NCBI GenBank assembly: GCA_017302575.1
Contig: JAFLDD010000001.1
Location: 862,629 to 926,628, forward strand
DNA: 64,000 bases
Direction: 5' to 3'
From: Alphaproteobacteria bacterium
Lineage (GTDB): Bacteria > Pseudomonadota > Alphaproteobacteria > Rickettsiales > UBA3002
Positions 30,099 through 40,033 of this stretch are shown here, one piece after another (position 1 is the stretch's first letter; the number at the start of each line of letters is the position of its first letter). The notes below the pieces were generated by a model, which was not told where the DNA came from, made no database searches, and saw nothing but the letters and a program-made list of their open reading frames with translations. Position numbers and translations under genes: made by a program.

Positions 30099-31276
30099 GC
30101 TATCCCCCTCGCCTTTGCTGCCCCATCCAAAAATCCCTGCAAGGTGGCATGTAGGGCCGGCACGTCCAGCAAGAAGGCGTCATGCCCTTTGTCGGTTTTG
30201 ATTTCGGTAAAACTTACACTTGCCGCTACGGCATTCAGCGCACGTACGATACGGCGCGATTCCTCGGTAGGGAATAACCAGTCGCTCGTGAAGCTGATGA
30301 CACAAAAGCGCACAGGCGTATTCAAGAAGGCGTGACTAAGATGCCCGTTATAATCACGCTCTAAATCAAAGTAATCCATCGCGCGGGTGATGTAGAGATA
30401 GGAGTTGGGGTCAAAGCGCTCAATAAAGGTTTTGCCTTGGTGGCGCAGGTACGACTCCACCTGAAAATCGATATCGAAGCCATAACCCAGCGCCGCTTTA
30501 TTCTGCAAGCGCCGACCGAATTTTTCGTGCAATGCCGTTTCAGAAAGATAGGTAACGTGCGCAGTCATGCGTGCAACGGCAAGCCCTTTGGAGGGGAACG
30601 TACCACGCTCAATATAGTGGCCTTCATTCCAATTAGGGTCAGCCATCACCGCTTGTCTGCCGATTTCGTGGAAGGCGATATTTTGTGGGCTGTGACGGGC
30701 GGCAGTGCAAATAGGCATGCAGGCAAACACACGCTCAGGATATTTTGCGGCCCATTCCAGCGCCAACATCCCGCCCATGGAGCCACCAATGACAGCAAAT
30801 AGCTGGTCGATGCCTAGCGCATCCATCAGGAGTGTTTGGGCGCGGGTCATGTCGCTGATGGTGAGGATCGGGAATTCAATGCCATATGGCTTGCCCGTTT
30901 TTGGGTTAATGGATTTGGGCCCTGAGGATCCCAGACATCCGCCCATCACATTGCTGACAATCAGAAAATATCTATCCGTATCCAGCACTTTACCTGGGCC
31001 GACAATATCTTCCCACCATCCAGGCTTCCCCGTGACGGGGTGCGTGCCTGAAATATACTGGTCACCTGTTAAGCCATGGCACAGCAAAATGGCGTTGGAT
31101 TTATCAGCATTCAGCGTGCCAAGCGTTTGGTAGGCTAGCGTAATCGTGTCCATGGTTGCGCCGCAATCAAACTGAAAGGGCGTATCTGGCGTAATATCGA
31201 TAAGCTGCCCAACTTCAGCCGCCGTATGCTGCGGGCCAAAATTCAAGCGCGTGGTGTAAGGTGCGGAAAGCTTCAT
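30095..31276 (-). CDS. metX: Homoserine O-acetyltransferase
   Basis: alpha/beta-hydrolase GGSMGG nucleophile elbow; typical MetX length and N-terminus. Confidence 0.93.
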
Positions 31277-31329
31277 ATGCCTTTCATAGATACTTGCAGT
31301 TCGAAGTGCAATGGTCTAGGCAATGAGCC

Positions 31330-32004
31330 ATGAGTGAGCCAGCAACCAAATCCAGTTTTGATGCACAATTACAGGCCTTGCGCGCCCGTATCGACGCGCT
31401 GGACGATAGGCTGATTGCCCTGATCAAAGAGCGTACGGGCATTATCCAAGAAGTTGCTGTGCTAAAGCGCGCGCACACGCCTAATGATTGTCACATTCGT
31501 CCTGCCCGCGAAGGTCAAATGCATAAGCGCATTTATGAAGCCTTCAAGGGTAGTGATTTCAATGTCCATGCGGCGGTCATTATCTGGCGGCATCTGATTA
31601 GCGCCAGCACCCATCTGGAATCACCTTTGAAAGTCATATCTTCTGCGCCGCGCCATTTAGGGCATGAATATTTTGGCCATTACGTTGACCACCACGATGC
31701 AGCCGATAGCGAAGAAGCCGTGCGCAGCGTAAGCGGCAAGCAGGCAAACATTGCCATTATCCCAACTCAGGATATTGCGCTGCTTGAGAAACACCCGACT
31801 TTGAAAATTTTCGCAGCGCTGCCTGTGATTGGCAATAAAGTCGAGGCAGTAGCCATTGCCGCACTTGCACCCGAACCATCAGGTGATGATGTCAGTTACT
31901 TCATTGACTCTGACCGTCATGTGGTCAGTGTTGCAGGTTTTGTGAAAGACCGCGCCGACTCGGTATGGGTTGGCACCCACCCTGCGCAACTTCGTAAGGA
32001 ATAA
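31330..32004 (+). CDS. Chorismate mutase (type II domain with C-terminal extension)
   Basis: LQALRARIDALDDRLIALIKERTGIIQEVAVLK CM_2 helix; extra C-terminal domain of about 130 aa. Confidence 0.75.
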   Translation: MSEPATKSSFDAQLQALRARIDALDDRLIALIKERTGIIQEVAVLKRAHTPNDCHIRPAREGQMHKRIYEAFKGSDFNVHAAVIIWRHLISASTHLESPLKVISSAPRHLGHEYFGHYVDHHDAADSEEAVRSVSGKQANIAIIPTQDIALLEKHPTLKIFAALPVIGNKVEAVAIAALAPEPSGDDVSYFIDSDRHVVSVAGFVKDRADSVWVGTHPAQLRKE

Positions 32005-32005
32005 T

Positions 32006-33100
32006 ATGACATCGCCCAAGCCTAAAGAATCTATCATGCAAATTAAGCCGTATGTCGGCGGCAAATCCAAAGCGGATGGTGCGCAGCGTATTATCAAGCT
32101 CTCCTCGAATGAGAATCCGTGGGGGCCCTCACCCAAAGCAATTGCCGCATTCGAAGCGGCGGCAAAAAACCTCCACCGCTATCCTGATGGTGGGCATATG
32201 GAATTGCGCGAGACACTCAGCAAAACGCATGGCTTCCCCGAGAACGAACTGATTTGTGGTTCAGGCTCCGACGAATTGATTGGCCTGCTAATTCACGCCT
32301 TCGCTGGTAAAGGTGACGAGGTGCTCTACAGCCAATATGGCTTCTTGATGTATAAAATTTATACACTCGCCAATGAAGCAACACCGGTTACCGCTCCCGA
32401 GAAAGAATTGCATTTCGACGTCGACGCAATGCTGGCTGCTGTCACCCCGCGTACGAAGATTTTGTTCATCGCCAACCCTAATAATCCGACGGGCACTTAT
32501 ATTCCGTTCAGTGAAATCAAGCGCCTGCGCGCTGGCCTGCGCGAGGACGTGATTCTCGCACTCGACGCTGCCTATGCAGAATATATGGACGTGAATGATT
32601 ACGATACAGGTCACGGCTTGGTGAAAGATACCAATACGGTTGTGTTCCACACCTTCTCGAAAATCTTCGGCCTGCCTGCGCTGCGCCTTGGTTGGGCGCA
32701 TGGACCCGCCGCGATTATCGACGCCATGAACCGTATTCGCAGCCCATTCAATGTTACTGCGCCTGCCCTTGCAGCAGGTGTTGCCGCGCTCCACGATACG
32801 GCGTTCGTACCACAGCAGCGCGAGAAGAATGCTATCGAGCGCAAGCGTGTTTGTGACACGTTGAAGCAGCTAGGGTTGGGTTTTGTGCAAAGCCATACTA
32901 ACTTTGTGCTTGTGCATTTTGGTAGTACCCAAAAGGCAACCGAGGCAAATCAGTTTCTCACTCAGCGTGGATTGATTGTACGTGACACGGTAGCTTATGG
33001 TTTACCAGAATATCTACGCATCAGCTTTGGCACGAGCGAAGAGAACAATCTGCTCACTCAAGCACTGAATGATTTTGTTGCGAGCAGGAACGCTGCCTGA
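32006..33100 (+). CDS. hisC: Histidinol-phosphate aminotransferase
   Basis: LSSNENPWGPSP, NPNNPTG, and FSKIFGLPALRLGW (PLP Lys) motifs. Confidence 0.92.
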   Translation: MTSPKPKESIMQIKPYVGGKSKADGAQRIIKLSSNENPWGPSPKAIAAFEAAAKNLHRYPDGGHMELRETLSKTHGFPENELICGSGSDELIGLLIHAFAGKGDEVLYSQYGFLMYKIYTLANEATPVTAPEKELHFDVDAMLAAVTPRTKILFIANPNNPTGTYIPFSEIKRLRAGLREDVILALDAAYAEYMDVNDYDTGHGLVKDTNTVVFHTFSKIFGLPALRLGWAHGPAAIIDAMNRIRSPFNVTAPALAAGVAALHDTAFVPQQREKNAIERKRVCDTLKQLGLGFVQSHTNFVLVHFGSTQKATEANQFLTQRGLIVRDTVAYGLPEYLRISFGTSEENNLLTQALNDFVASRNAA

Positions 33101-34221
33101 TGTTTTCTAAAATCGCGATACTTGGTTTGGGACAACTGGGTGGTTCCTTTGCGCTTGCCTGCCGCAATGCGGGTATTGGCGAACAGATCATTGGCTATGA
33201 CCCAATTACACATCACGGCCAGCTGTTGATTATGAATGAAGCGATTGATGATATCGCCGAAACACCAGCATTAGCAGTGAAGGAGGCAGATTTAATCATG
33301 TTGTCTGCACCGCTTCGCGCCTATCCCGCATTAGCGCAAGCCATTGCGCCACACGTCAAGAAGACGGCGGTGATTACCGATATTGGGTCGGTGAAGCAGC
33401 CCATGCAAGATATTGCCGCTGTGCTCAATGGCATTGCTATCGTGCCAGCGCACCCTATTGCGGGTTCGGAGAAAGCGGGCGCTGCTGTTGCTAATGGCGC
33501 GTTATTTGAAGAAAAGCTGCTCATCATTACGCCACTTGAATCAACACCCAGCCATGCAACTGAGCGCGTGCGCCGACTGTGGGAGAAACTGGATTCACAG
33601 GTGATGGAACTTCCCGTGACCATCCACGACCAGATTTATGCGCATGTCTCGCACCTGCCGCATTTGATTGCATTTGTGGCGTCGAGCTTTTTGTATCGCC
33701 AAGGCTTGCGCGTAGGCAAAGACGACATGACGTTACAAAAATTCCTACGCATTTCGCGCTCCAACCCACGTATGTGGACGGATATATTCATCGAGAATCG
33801 TACGGCGATCCTGCCTGCATTGGCGGCATATAAATCGATTCTTGGACATTTTGTAAAAGAGCTGCGCGAAGGCGAGAATGCACCAACCGACCAAGACATC
33901 AAGCCAGTCGCGGCGCGTTATTTGCCGCGTATTCTTGCGGCGTCACTCATCTCAACGGTGAGCGTGTATGAACAACATGCGGGCGCTTCAGTGCGCCGTT
34001 TCGGTGCAGGTGGCATGCGCGATATTGTTGCACCAGCCGCAGAAGAACCAGAAATCGATATTGAAGAAATCAGCAAGACGGCTGCCATTGTAGCGCTGCT
34101 GATTGAGGGCATTTTGCCACTTTTCGAGGAAGTCGAACGCCTGATGACCTTGAATGAAGAGCCGCAGCTTTTTGCGCATTTACAGGCAATCGAAAAAGAA
34201 GCAACAGCTCTCGTTAGCTAG
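33100..34221 (+). CDS. tyrC: Prephenate/arogenate dehydrogenase
   Basis: GLGQLGGS Rossmann motif, HPIAGSE catalytic His region; coupled to hisC. Confidence 0.85.
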   Translation: MFSKIAILGLGQLGGSFALACRNAGIGEQIIGYDPITHHGQLLIMNEAIDDIAETPALAVKEADLIMLSAPLRAYPALAQAIAPHVKKTAVITDIGSVKQPMQDIAAVLNGIAIVPAHPIAGSEKAGAAVANGALFEEKLLIITPLESTPSHATERVRRLWEKLDSQVMELPVTIHDQIYAHVSHLPHLIAFVASSFLYRQGLRVGKDDMTLQKFLRISRSNPRMWTDIFIENRTAILPALAAYKSILGHFVKELREGENAPTDQDIKPVAARYLPRILAASLISTVSVYEQHAGASVRRFGAGGMRDIVAPAAEEPEIDIEEISKTAAIVALLIEGILPLFEEVERLMTLNEEPQLFAHLQAIEKEATALVS

Positions 34222-34876
34222 CAAACTTCTTCACTAACTCGAGCATTTCTGCATGGTTCTTAACGTGCGCATCGAATGGGAAGCCTTCATAGGTTCCGCC
34301 ATTGGTTTGCACATCACCATAAAGAATCGGTGTTGAGCGTGTTACCTGCGCACATTCTAAATCTACGGCCGTATCGCCCACGAACCAGATATGCGCGCCT
34401 GCCATAATGGCAGTGCTTTTGAGCGCTTCCAGCACTGGGGCTGGATGTGGTTTGTCATACTCAGAATCTTCGGAGCCAATGGCCGCTTGGAAATAATGCC
34501 CCCAACCCAGATGCTCAAGCTCACGACGCAAGCTTGGGCCTTTTTTATTGCTGACGATACCAATGAACCAGTCGGTATTTTTCAGTGCTTTGAGAACGTC
34601 TTCCGCACCCTCAAGCACGCCCAGCTCCTGCAGATGGATGGAGCGATAGGATTGTTGGTAATGGTCTGCGGCGCGCTTCCAATCATCACCAAATAATTCG
34701 GGGAAGGAATCACGCATCGATTTTTTGACCGTCGCTTTCACATAGTCCAACGACCATTCTTCGTGATTCATGAAGCGCATGGTCATATTCAATGCTTTGT
34801 GAATCACCGGCCATGTATCGACCAGCGTATTATCCCAATCAAACAACACTGCTTTTGGCTTTATTAGGCTGCGCAT
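34214..34876 (-). CDS. HAD-superfamily hydrolase (phosphoglycolate phosphatase-like)
   Basis: LFDWDNTLVDT motif I, VSNK motif II, GDTAVD motif IV. Confidence 0.8.
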   Translation of the reverse strand: MRSLIKPKAVLFDWDNTLVDTWPVIHKALNMTMRFMNHEEWSLDYVKATVKKSMRDSFPELFGDDWKRAADHYQQSYRSIHLQELGVLEGAEDVLKALKNTDWFIGIVSNKKGPSLRRELEHLGWGHYFQAAIGSEDSEYDKPHPAPVLEALKSTAIMAGAHIWFVGDTAVDLECAQVTRSTPILYGDVQTNGGTYEGFPFDAHVKNHAEMLELVKKFAS

Positions 34877-35730
34877 CGCTCGCCTACTTCCCTATCGAGA
34901 TGTGCGTCATAAATTTCCATCAGGCGTTTGGTGATTGTTCCAACCTTACCATCGCCAACTTTTTTGCCGTCGATTTCCGTAACAGGCATCACAAAATTAC
35001 TCGTGCTGGTAATGAATGCCTCGGAAGCGGCGGTCATTTCTTTTGGTGTGAAACCGCGCTCTTCCACGGGAATTTGATGCTCGGCAGCGAGTTGCAGCAA
35101 CACGTCGCGCGTTACGCCACCAAGAATGAAGTTATTCGCAGGGTGGGTAATGACTTTACCACCCGCTACAATGAATGCATTGGTCGAGGAGCCTTCGGTG
35201 ATCACACCGTCACGAATCAGCCATGTTTCGCGCAGCTCTGGCTTGTCGGATTTTTTGCGCGCGAGAATGTTCGGCAGCAGTGAAATGGATTTGATATCGC
35301 AGCGCGACCAACGCTCGTCTGCCGCGGTGATGACGGCACAGCCCTTCTCGCGCATTGCCGCGCTTGGGAATTTGGCTGGCAGCACACACATGGTGAGGTT
35401 GGGCTTCATGGTCGATTTCCACAAATGGTTACGCGGCGCCGTGCCACGCGTGATTTGCAGATAGATAATGCCGTAGGTCTTTTCGCTCAGTCGCATCAAC
35501 TCGCGGATTTTGACGATAAGTGCATTACGCGCCATCGGCATTGGAATATCCAGCTTCACTAGCGAACGCTCCAAACGGTCGAGGTGCTTGGCTTCGTCGA
35601 GCAGGCGATTATTGATGAATGCGGCCACTTCATAGACACCGTCGGCAAATTGGTAGCCACGGTCTTCCATCGCCACCGTTGCGAGGTGACTGGGGAGGTA
35701 TTTTCCGTTTACGTATGCAATGCGTGCCAT
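34864..35730 (-). CDS. dat: D-amino-acid aminotransferase (class IV)
   Basis: DRGYQFADGVYEV N-terminal signature; fold-type IV length. Confidence 0.8.
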   Translation of the reverse strand: MARIAYVNGKYLPSHLATVAMEDRGYQFADGVYEVAAFINNRLLDEAKHLDRLERSLVKLDIPMPMARNALIVKIRELMRLSEKTYGIIYLQITRGTAPRNHLWKSTMKPNLTMCVLPAKFPSAAMREKGCAVITAADERWSRCDIKSISLLPNILARKKSDKPELRETWLIRDGVITEGSSTNAFIVAGGKVITHPANNFILGGVTRDVLLQLAAEHQIPVEERGFTPKEMTAASEAFITSTSNFVMPVTEIDGKKVGDGKVGTITKRLMEIYDAHLDREVGERCAA

Positions 35731-35732
35731 AG

Positions 35733-36263
35733 TCAGGCTGGGATAATGGCATCCTTGAGCAATGGCAAGGCTTTATCGCGGTCTGAAAGGATAGGATTTT
35801 CATTTGGCCAGCGTATATTCAGCTCGGGGTCATCATAGCGAATCCCGCCCTCACCCTTGGGGTTATAGCCTGTGGTGACTTTATAAAGCACATCGGCAGG
35901 CTGATCACCCAGTACGCAGAAACCGTGGCCGAAACCTGCTGGAATCCAGAGCATCAGGCCGTTCTCATCGCTCAATTCATGCGCCACATGCTGTTTGTAG
36001 GTGGGCGAGTCTTTGCGCAAATCCACCGCAACATCAAGCACGCGACCGTGGGTGACGCTCACCAACTTACCCTGACCAAGTTGATAATGGATACCGCGCA
36101 ACACGCCAGCAACTGAGCGCGAACGATTATCCTGTACGAATGTTACTTCCAACGCTTCGCCAATCGCTTGCGTGTATTGCTCGCAGAAGAATCCGCGCGC
36201 ATCATGATGCAGTTTCAACTGCACCAGCTTCACTTCTGGAATGTTGGTATCGATTAATTTCAT
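35733..36263 (-). CDS. rfbC: dTDP-4-dehydrorhamnose 3,5-epimerase
   Basis: D(A/E)RGFF, RGIHYQ, and GFGHGF motifs; ATGA overlap with rfbD. Confidence 0.92.
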   Translation of the reverse strand: MKLIDTNIPEVKLVQLKLHHDARGFFCEQYTQAIGEALEVTFVQDNRSRSVAGVLRGIHYQLGQGKLVSVTHGRVLDVAVDLRKDSPTYKQHVAHELSDENGLMLWIPAGFGHGFCVLGDQPADVLYKVTTGYNPKGEGGIRYDDPELNIRWPNENPILSDRDKALPLLKDAIIPA

Positions 36264-37108
36264 GACTTCTTCATAACCTCTTTCAAGCCCTCGCGCCAAT
36301 GGGGAATCACGATACCCGCTTTGGCAAGCTTCGAAGAATCTAGGCGTGAATTAGCTGGGCGCTTGGCTTTGGTTGCGAATTCGTGAGTGAGTGTCGGCGT
36401 GATGGATTCAAGCGTAATGCCAGCTTCTTCCATAATGGCACAAGCGAAACCGTGCCAGCTTGTATGCCCTTGAGGGGTTGCATGGTAAATGCCCGAAGCA
36501 GGTAATTTTTGTAACAGTGCTGCAATCGCCTTAGCCGCAGCCGCAGCACTGGTTGGTGAACCCACTTGGTCAGCGACGACATTCAATGTTTTGTCCGTTG
36601 CGGCACGCGCCATGATCTTGCGCACGAAGCTATGAGCATGCGTGACGCTGTAGACCCATGACAAGCGCAGCACGATGGCTTTGGCGCCGCTTTCTAGCAC
36701 TGCATGTTCGCCCGCCAATTTACTGATACCATAATGGTTGAGAGGATTTGTATCGTCGCGCTCCGTATAGGGCGATTGCTTTTGGCCGTCGAACACATAG
36801 TCCGTAGAGGTGTGAAGGATGGGTACGCGATGTTTGTTGCACCATGCGGCGATTTCTTTAGGCGCGTGTGCATTGACGGTCGTCGCCAAGTCTTTGTCGA
36901 TTTCAGCTTGCTCGACATTGGTATAAGCAGCCAGATTAATGATGATTTCAGGATTGAAACCATCTGCCATGGTATCGAGTGTTTTCTCGATGGCGCTGAG
37001 TTGCGTGAAGTCGAATGCGTCTTTGGTGATGGCCAGCACATCATTACCAAGCATCGGGCATAGCGAGTGCCCCACTTGGCCACGCGCACCTAGCACAATT
37101 GCTCTCAT
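36260..37108 (-). CDS. rfbD: dTDP-4-dehydrorhamnose reductase
   Basis: GARGQVG Rossmann motif, STDYVFDG motif. Confidence 0.9.
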   Translation of the reverse strand: MRAIVLGARGQVGHSLCPMLGNDVLAITKDAFDFTQLSAIEKTLDTMADGFNPEIIINLAAYTNVEQAEIDKDLATTVNAHAPKEIAAWCNKHRVPILHTSTDYVFDGQKQSPYTERDDTNPLNHYGISKLAGEHAVLESGAKAIVLRLSWVYSVTHAHSFVRKIMARAATDKTLNVVADQVGSPTSAAAAAKAIAALLQKLPASGIYHATPQGHTSWHGFACAIMEEAGITLESITPTLTHEFATKAKRPANSRLDSSKLAKAGIVIPHWREGLKEVMKKS

Positions 37109-38166
37109 TGCCCGCGAACCGCTTGGCTATGCTTCATCATCGCCTCTGCCCATTCAGGATGGTTCAAGTACCATAAAATGGTAGTTTTGATGCCTTCTTC
37201 GAATGGCACTTCCGGCGTGAATTTGATCGCTTTATGCGAGGCCTCAACATCCAACGCGTAGCGGAAGTCATGCCCCAAACGGTCTTCGACAAAGGTAATA
37301 AGCTTGAGGTAATCACCGCCCTGCTTCGCGTCAGCAAGCCAAACGCAAAGTGCTTTCACGAGAGTAATATTCTCCATCTCGACACCACTACCGAGCAGAT
37401 AGATGCCACCCGACTCGCCGTTTTTAAGTGCCGCGAACACGCCACGTGCGTGATCATCCACATGTATCCACTCGCGCTTTTGTTTGCCTTGGCCATAGAC
37501 AGGCAGCTTCTCGCCCTTGAGTGCATTGGTCAACATACGGGGGATGAGCTTTTCGGGGTGCTGGCGTGGGCCATAATTATTGCAGCAACGCGTGATGACC
37601 GTATTCAGCCCATGCGTATGGTGCCATGAAAGCACCAGCAAATCCGCCGCCGCTTTGGAAGCTGCATAAGGTGAATTTGGTTTAATCGGTGAATCGACTT
37701 TGAATGTTCCAGTTTCGCCGAGTGCGCCATAGACTTCGTCGGTAGAGACTTGGAGGTAGCGGAATTTTTTACGCTCAGCTTCCGGCAGGCTGGCGACATA
37801 ATTGCGCGAGACTTCGAGCAATGTGTGCGTACCAACCACATTGGTGTGAATGAATGGCGCAGAGCCAGCAATAGAATTATCAACGTGTGATTCGGCAGCC
37901 GCGTGAATCACCGCCTCGAACTTATGAGCGGCGAACAACTCGCTTACCGTTGCCGCGTCACGAATATCGCCGACGACAAGCGCATAGCTTCCCGCCCAGT
38001 CTTGATGGTTTATCCATGTCAGATTTTGTGGGTGGCCTGCATAGGTGAGTTTGTCGAGAACGACGACGTGATAGCCTAATCGCACCGCCTCGGCCACTAG
38101 CGCAGAACCGATAAACCCCGCCCCGCCAGTAATCAGAATGGTGGGTTGTGTGGATGAATAGGACAT
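37105..38166 (-). CDS. rfbB: dTDP-glucose 4,6-dehydratase
   Basis: TGGAGFIGS, STDEVYG, and YAASKAA motifs. Confidence 0.93.
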   Translation of the reverse strand: MSYSSTQPTILITGGAGFIGSALVAEAVRLGYHVVVLDKLTYAGHPQNLTWINHQDWAGSYALVVGDIRDAATVSELFAAHKFEAVIHAAAESHVDNSIAGSAPFIHTNVVGTHTLLEVSRNYVASLPEAERKKFRYLQVSTDEVYGALGETGTFKVDSPIKPNSPYAASKAAADLLVLSWHHTHGLNTVITRCCNNYGPRQHPEKLIPRMLTNALKGEKLPVYGQGKQKREWIHVDDHARGVFAALKNGESGGIYLLGSGVEMENITLVKALCVWLADAKQGGDYLKLITFVEDRLGHDFRYALDVEASHKAIKFTPEVPFEEGIKTTILWYLNHPEWAEAMMKHSQAVRGQ

Positions 38167-38175
38167 GGCTTATTC

Positions 38176-39225
38176 TTAAGGTGCTTCGAAGGTGATGGGA
38201 ATCAGAAACTCGATTAGGTTCCCTGCAGGGTAATTTTCTGGCACGGCTGGTACTGGATTAGCACGACGAATCATATCAATCGCGGCGGAATTGAGCACAG
38301 CAACACCTGAGGATTCCTCCAGCGCGTAGTAACGCACATAGCCTTGACGGTCGATGCGGATGCGCAGCACCGCCCTACCCTCGCGACCACGCGCGGATGC
38401 TGGGTAAATCTTATGCTGCCCAATCCATGCGGAAATGACTTTCTCATAATTGGCGCGCACTTGTTGCTCGGCGCTCATGCCGCTTGTTTGCTCACCCACT
38501 GCGGAAGCTGTGTCTGACTTGGCGAAGGTGTTACGCGCCTGTGCACGTAACGTGTCAATTTCCTGTGAGGGGGCCGCACCATGGTCGCGCACATATTGCT
38601 GCGGGCTATCAGCGATGGCAGGCTTTTTACTATCTGCCGTGATTGCATTGATGGGCAGCATCAAGAAGTCCAGCAGCGAGGATTCTTCTTTCTTAGGCGC
38701 TGGCGGCGCAATTTTTTGCTGGGCGGCGGCGAACTGATTTTCCTGTGGTACTTGGCGTGGCACAGGCGGTGTAACAGTTGGTGCAGCGAGAGGCTTGCTT
38801 CCCACGCTTGGCACTTCTGCTTTTGGTGCATTCGTTTTGATGACTGATTTTTCTGTCGTGGCAGGTTTCCACGTTGGCAATTTGGCAGGTGCTTTTGCAA
38901 CGGGTTTAGGGGCTGGAACTTGTTTCACTGGCTCAGGTTTTACCTCAGGAACGAATTTAGGCTGCGGCACAGGTGCTGGCTGAAAAGCCCGTATAGCCTG
39001 ATTCTCACCAATTTTGAATGAGAGTGAGTGGACTGGAATCGTCGTCACTTTTTCTTCGGGAAGCAAGTTCGTAAGACCAAGCACCAGCACATGAATCACC
39101 AACGCCAGCATGAGCATTTTGTTGAAATCAATGCCGCTTAGATAGGTATTGTTGCCTAACGAGTGATGGGTTGGCATCAATGTCATGCTACGCGGATTGG
39201 GCTGTATGTTACGCCATGTCGTCAT
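38176..39225 (-). CDS. tonB: TonB-family energy transducer
   Basis: N-terminal TM helix, Pro/Lys/Val-rich spacer, C-terminal TonB domain; ATGA overlap with exbD. Confidence 0.85.
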   Translation of the reverse strand: MTTWRNIQPNPRSMTLMPTHHSLGNNTYLSGIDFNKMLMLALVIHVLVLGLTNLLPEEKVTTIPVHSLSFKIGENQAIRAFQPAPVPQPKFVPEVKPEPVKQVPAPKPVAKAPAKLPTWKPATTEKSVIKTNAPKAEVPSVGSKPLAAPTVTPPVPRQVPQENQFAAAQQKIAPPAPKKEESSLLDFLMLPINAITADSKKPAIADSPQQYVRDHGAAPSQEIDTLRAQARNTFAKSDTASAVGEQTSGMSAEQQVRANYEKVISAWIGQHKIYPASARGREGRAVLRIRIDRQGYVRYYALEESSGVAVLNSAAIDMIRRANPVPAVPENYPAGNLIEFLIPITFEAP

Positions 39226-39632
39226 AGGCTGCTTGACTCCGTAATCAGCGAAAGGTTTACCCCGCCCGCATCACGCACCATTTGCATTAAATCCACCAAC
39301 TTATTCGCTTCCAGCGCCGCGTCGGCCTTAATCGTTATGACGCGCTCAGGATTCGTCGCGAGCTGGTTTTTCAACTCTGCCAAGACTTCGCTCGTGGAGC
39401 GCATTTCGTCGTTAATGATGACTTCATCGCGTTTGCCGAGCATGATTTCAATAGGCCCTTCGTCGATCATCTGGCCAGAATCCGCCATGGGCAAATCCAC
39501 CTCGATGATTTGGATTTTTTCCAAGTGACCTGCAATCATGAAGAATAAAATCAACACGAACATAATGGAAATGAGCGGAATGAAGCTCATCGGGCGCGGT
39601 GAACGCTTGGCTCTTATGAAGTCAAAACTCAT
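39222..39632 (-). CDS. exbD: Biopolymer transport protein ExbD/TolR
   Basis: Single N-terminal TM helix with Asp-free PLISIMFVLILFF segment; ExbD fold length. Confidence 0.85.
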   Translation of the reverse strand: MSFDFIRAKRSPRPMSFIPLISIMFVLILFFMIAGHLEKIQIIEVDLPMADSGQMIDEGPIEIMLGKRDEVIINDEMRSTSEVLAELKNQLATNPERVITIKADAALEANKLVDLMQMVRDAGGVNLSLITESSSL

Positions 39633-40024
39633 ACCGCTTTATCCACTTGCACGTTGCGGCCACCACTCAGATATACCAGATCCATTAAGCTTACGAGCTG
39701 CTGAACGCTAACACCTGGGGTGCTTAAGATGGCGATGCGTGCATCAGGGTCACGCGCAATGACTTCAACCAGCTCGTCATTAAGCTGCTCAGCATTCACG
39801 TACACATCGTTAATCGTGACATGGCCTGTTGCCATAATCCGCAGACGCATCACGTCTTTGCCAGAGGCAACGGTAGCGTTTTTGCTGGGCAGTGAAAGCT
39901 CCAGCGATTCGGATGCGGTGAAGCTCGTTGTCATCATGAAGAAAATCACCAGCATGAAAATGATATCCACCAGCGAGGTGAGATTCATATGCAGTGCTTT
40001 ACGGGGCTGGCGCTGGATATCCAT
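39629..40024 (-). CDS. exbD: Biopolymer transport protein ExbD/TolR (second copy)
   Basis: NLTSLVDIIFMLVIFFM ExbD signature. Confidence 0.85.
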   Translation of the reverse strand: MDIQRQPRKALHMNLTSLVDIIFMLVIFFMMTTSFTASESLELSLPSKNATVASGKDVMRLRIMATGHVTINDVYVNAEQLNDELVEVIARDPDARIAILSTPGVSVQQLVSLMDLVYLSGGRNVQVDKAV

Positions 40025-40033
40025 CGCCTTCTC

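Noticed and set aside
31277-31329. Possible SAM-II riboswitch upstream of metX
   Set aside because: Only 53 nt separate metX from the divergent chorismate mutase gene, and I could not find the conserved SAM-II pseudoknot elements.
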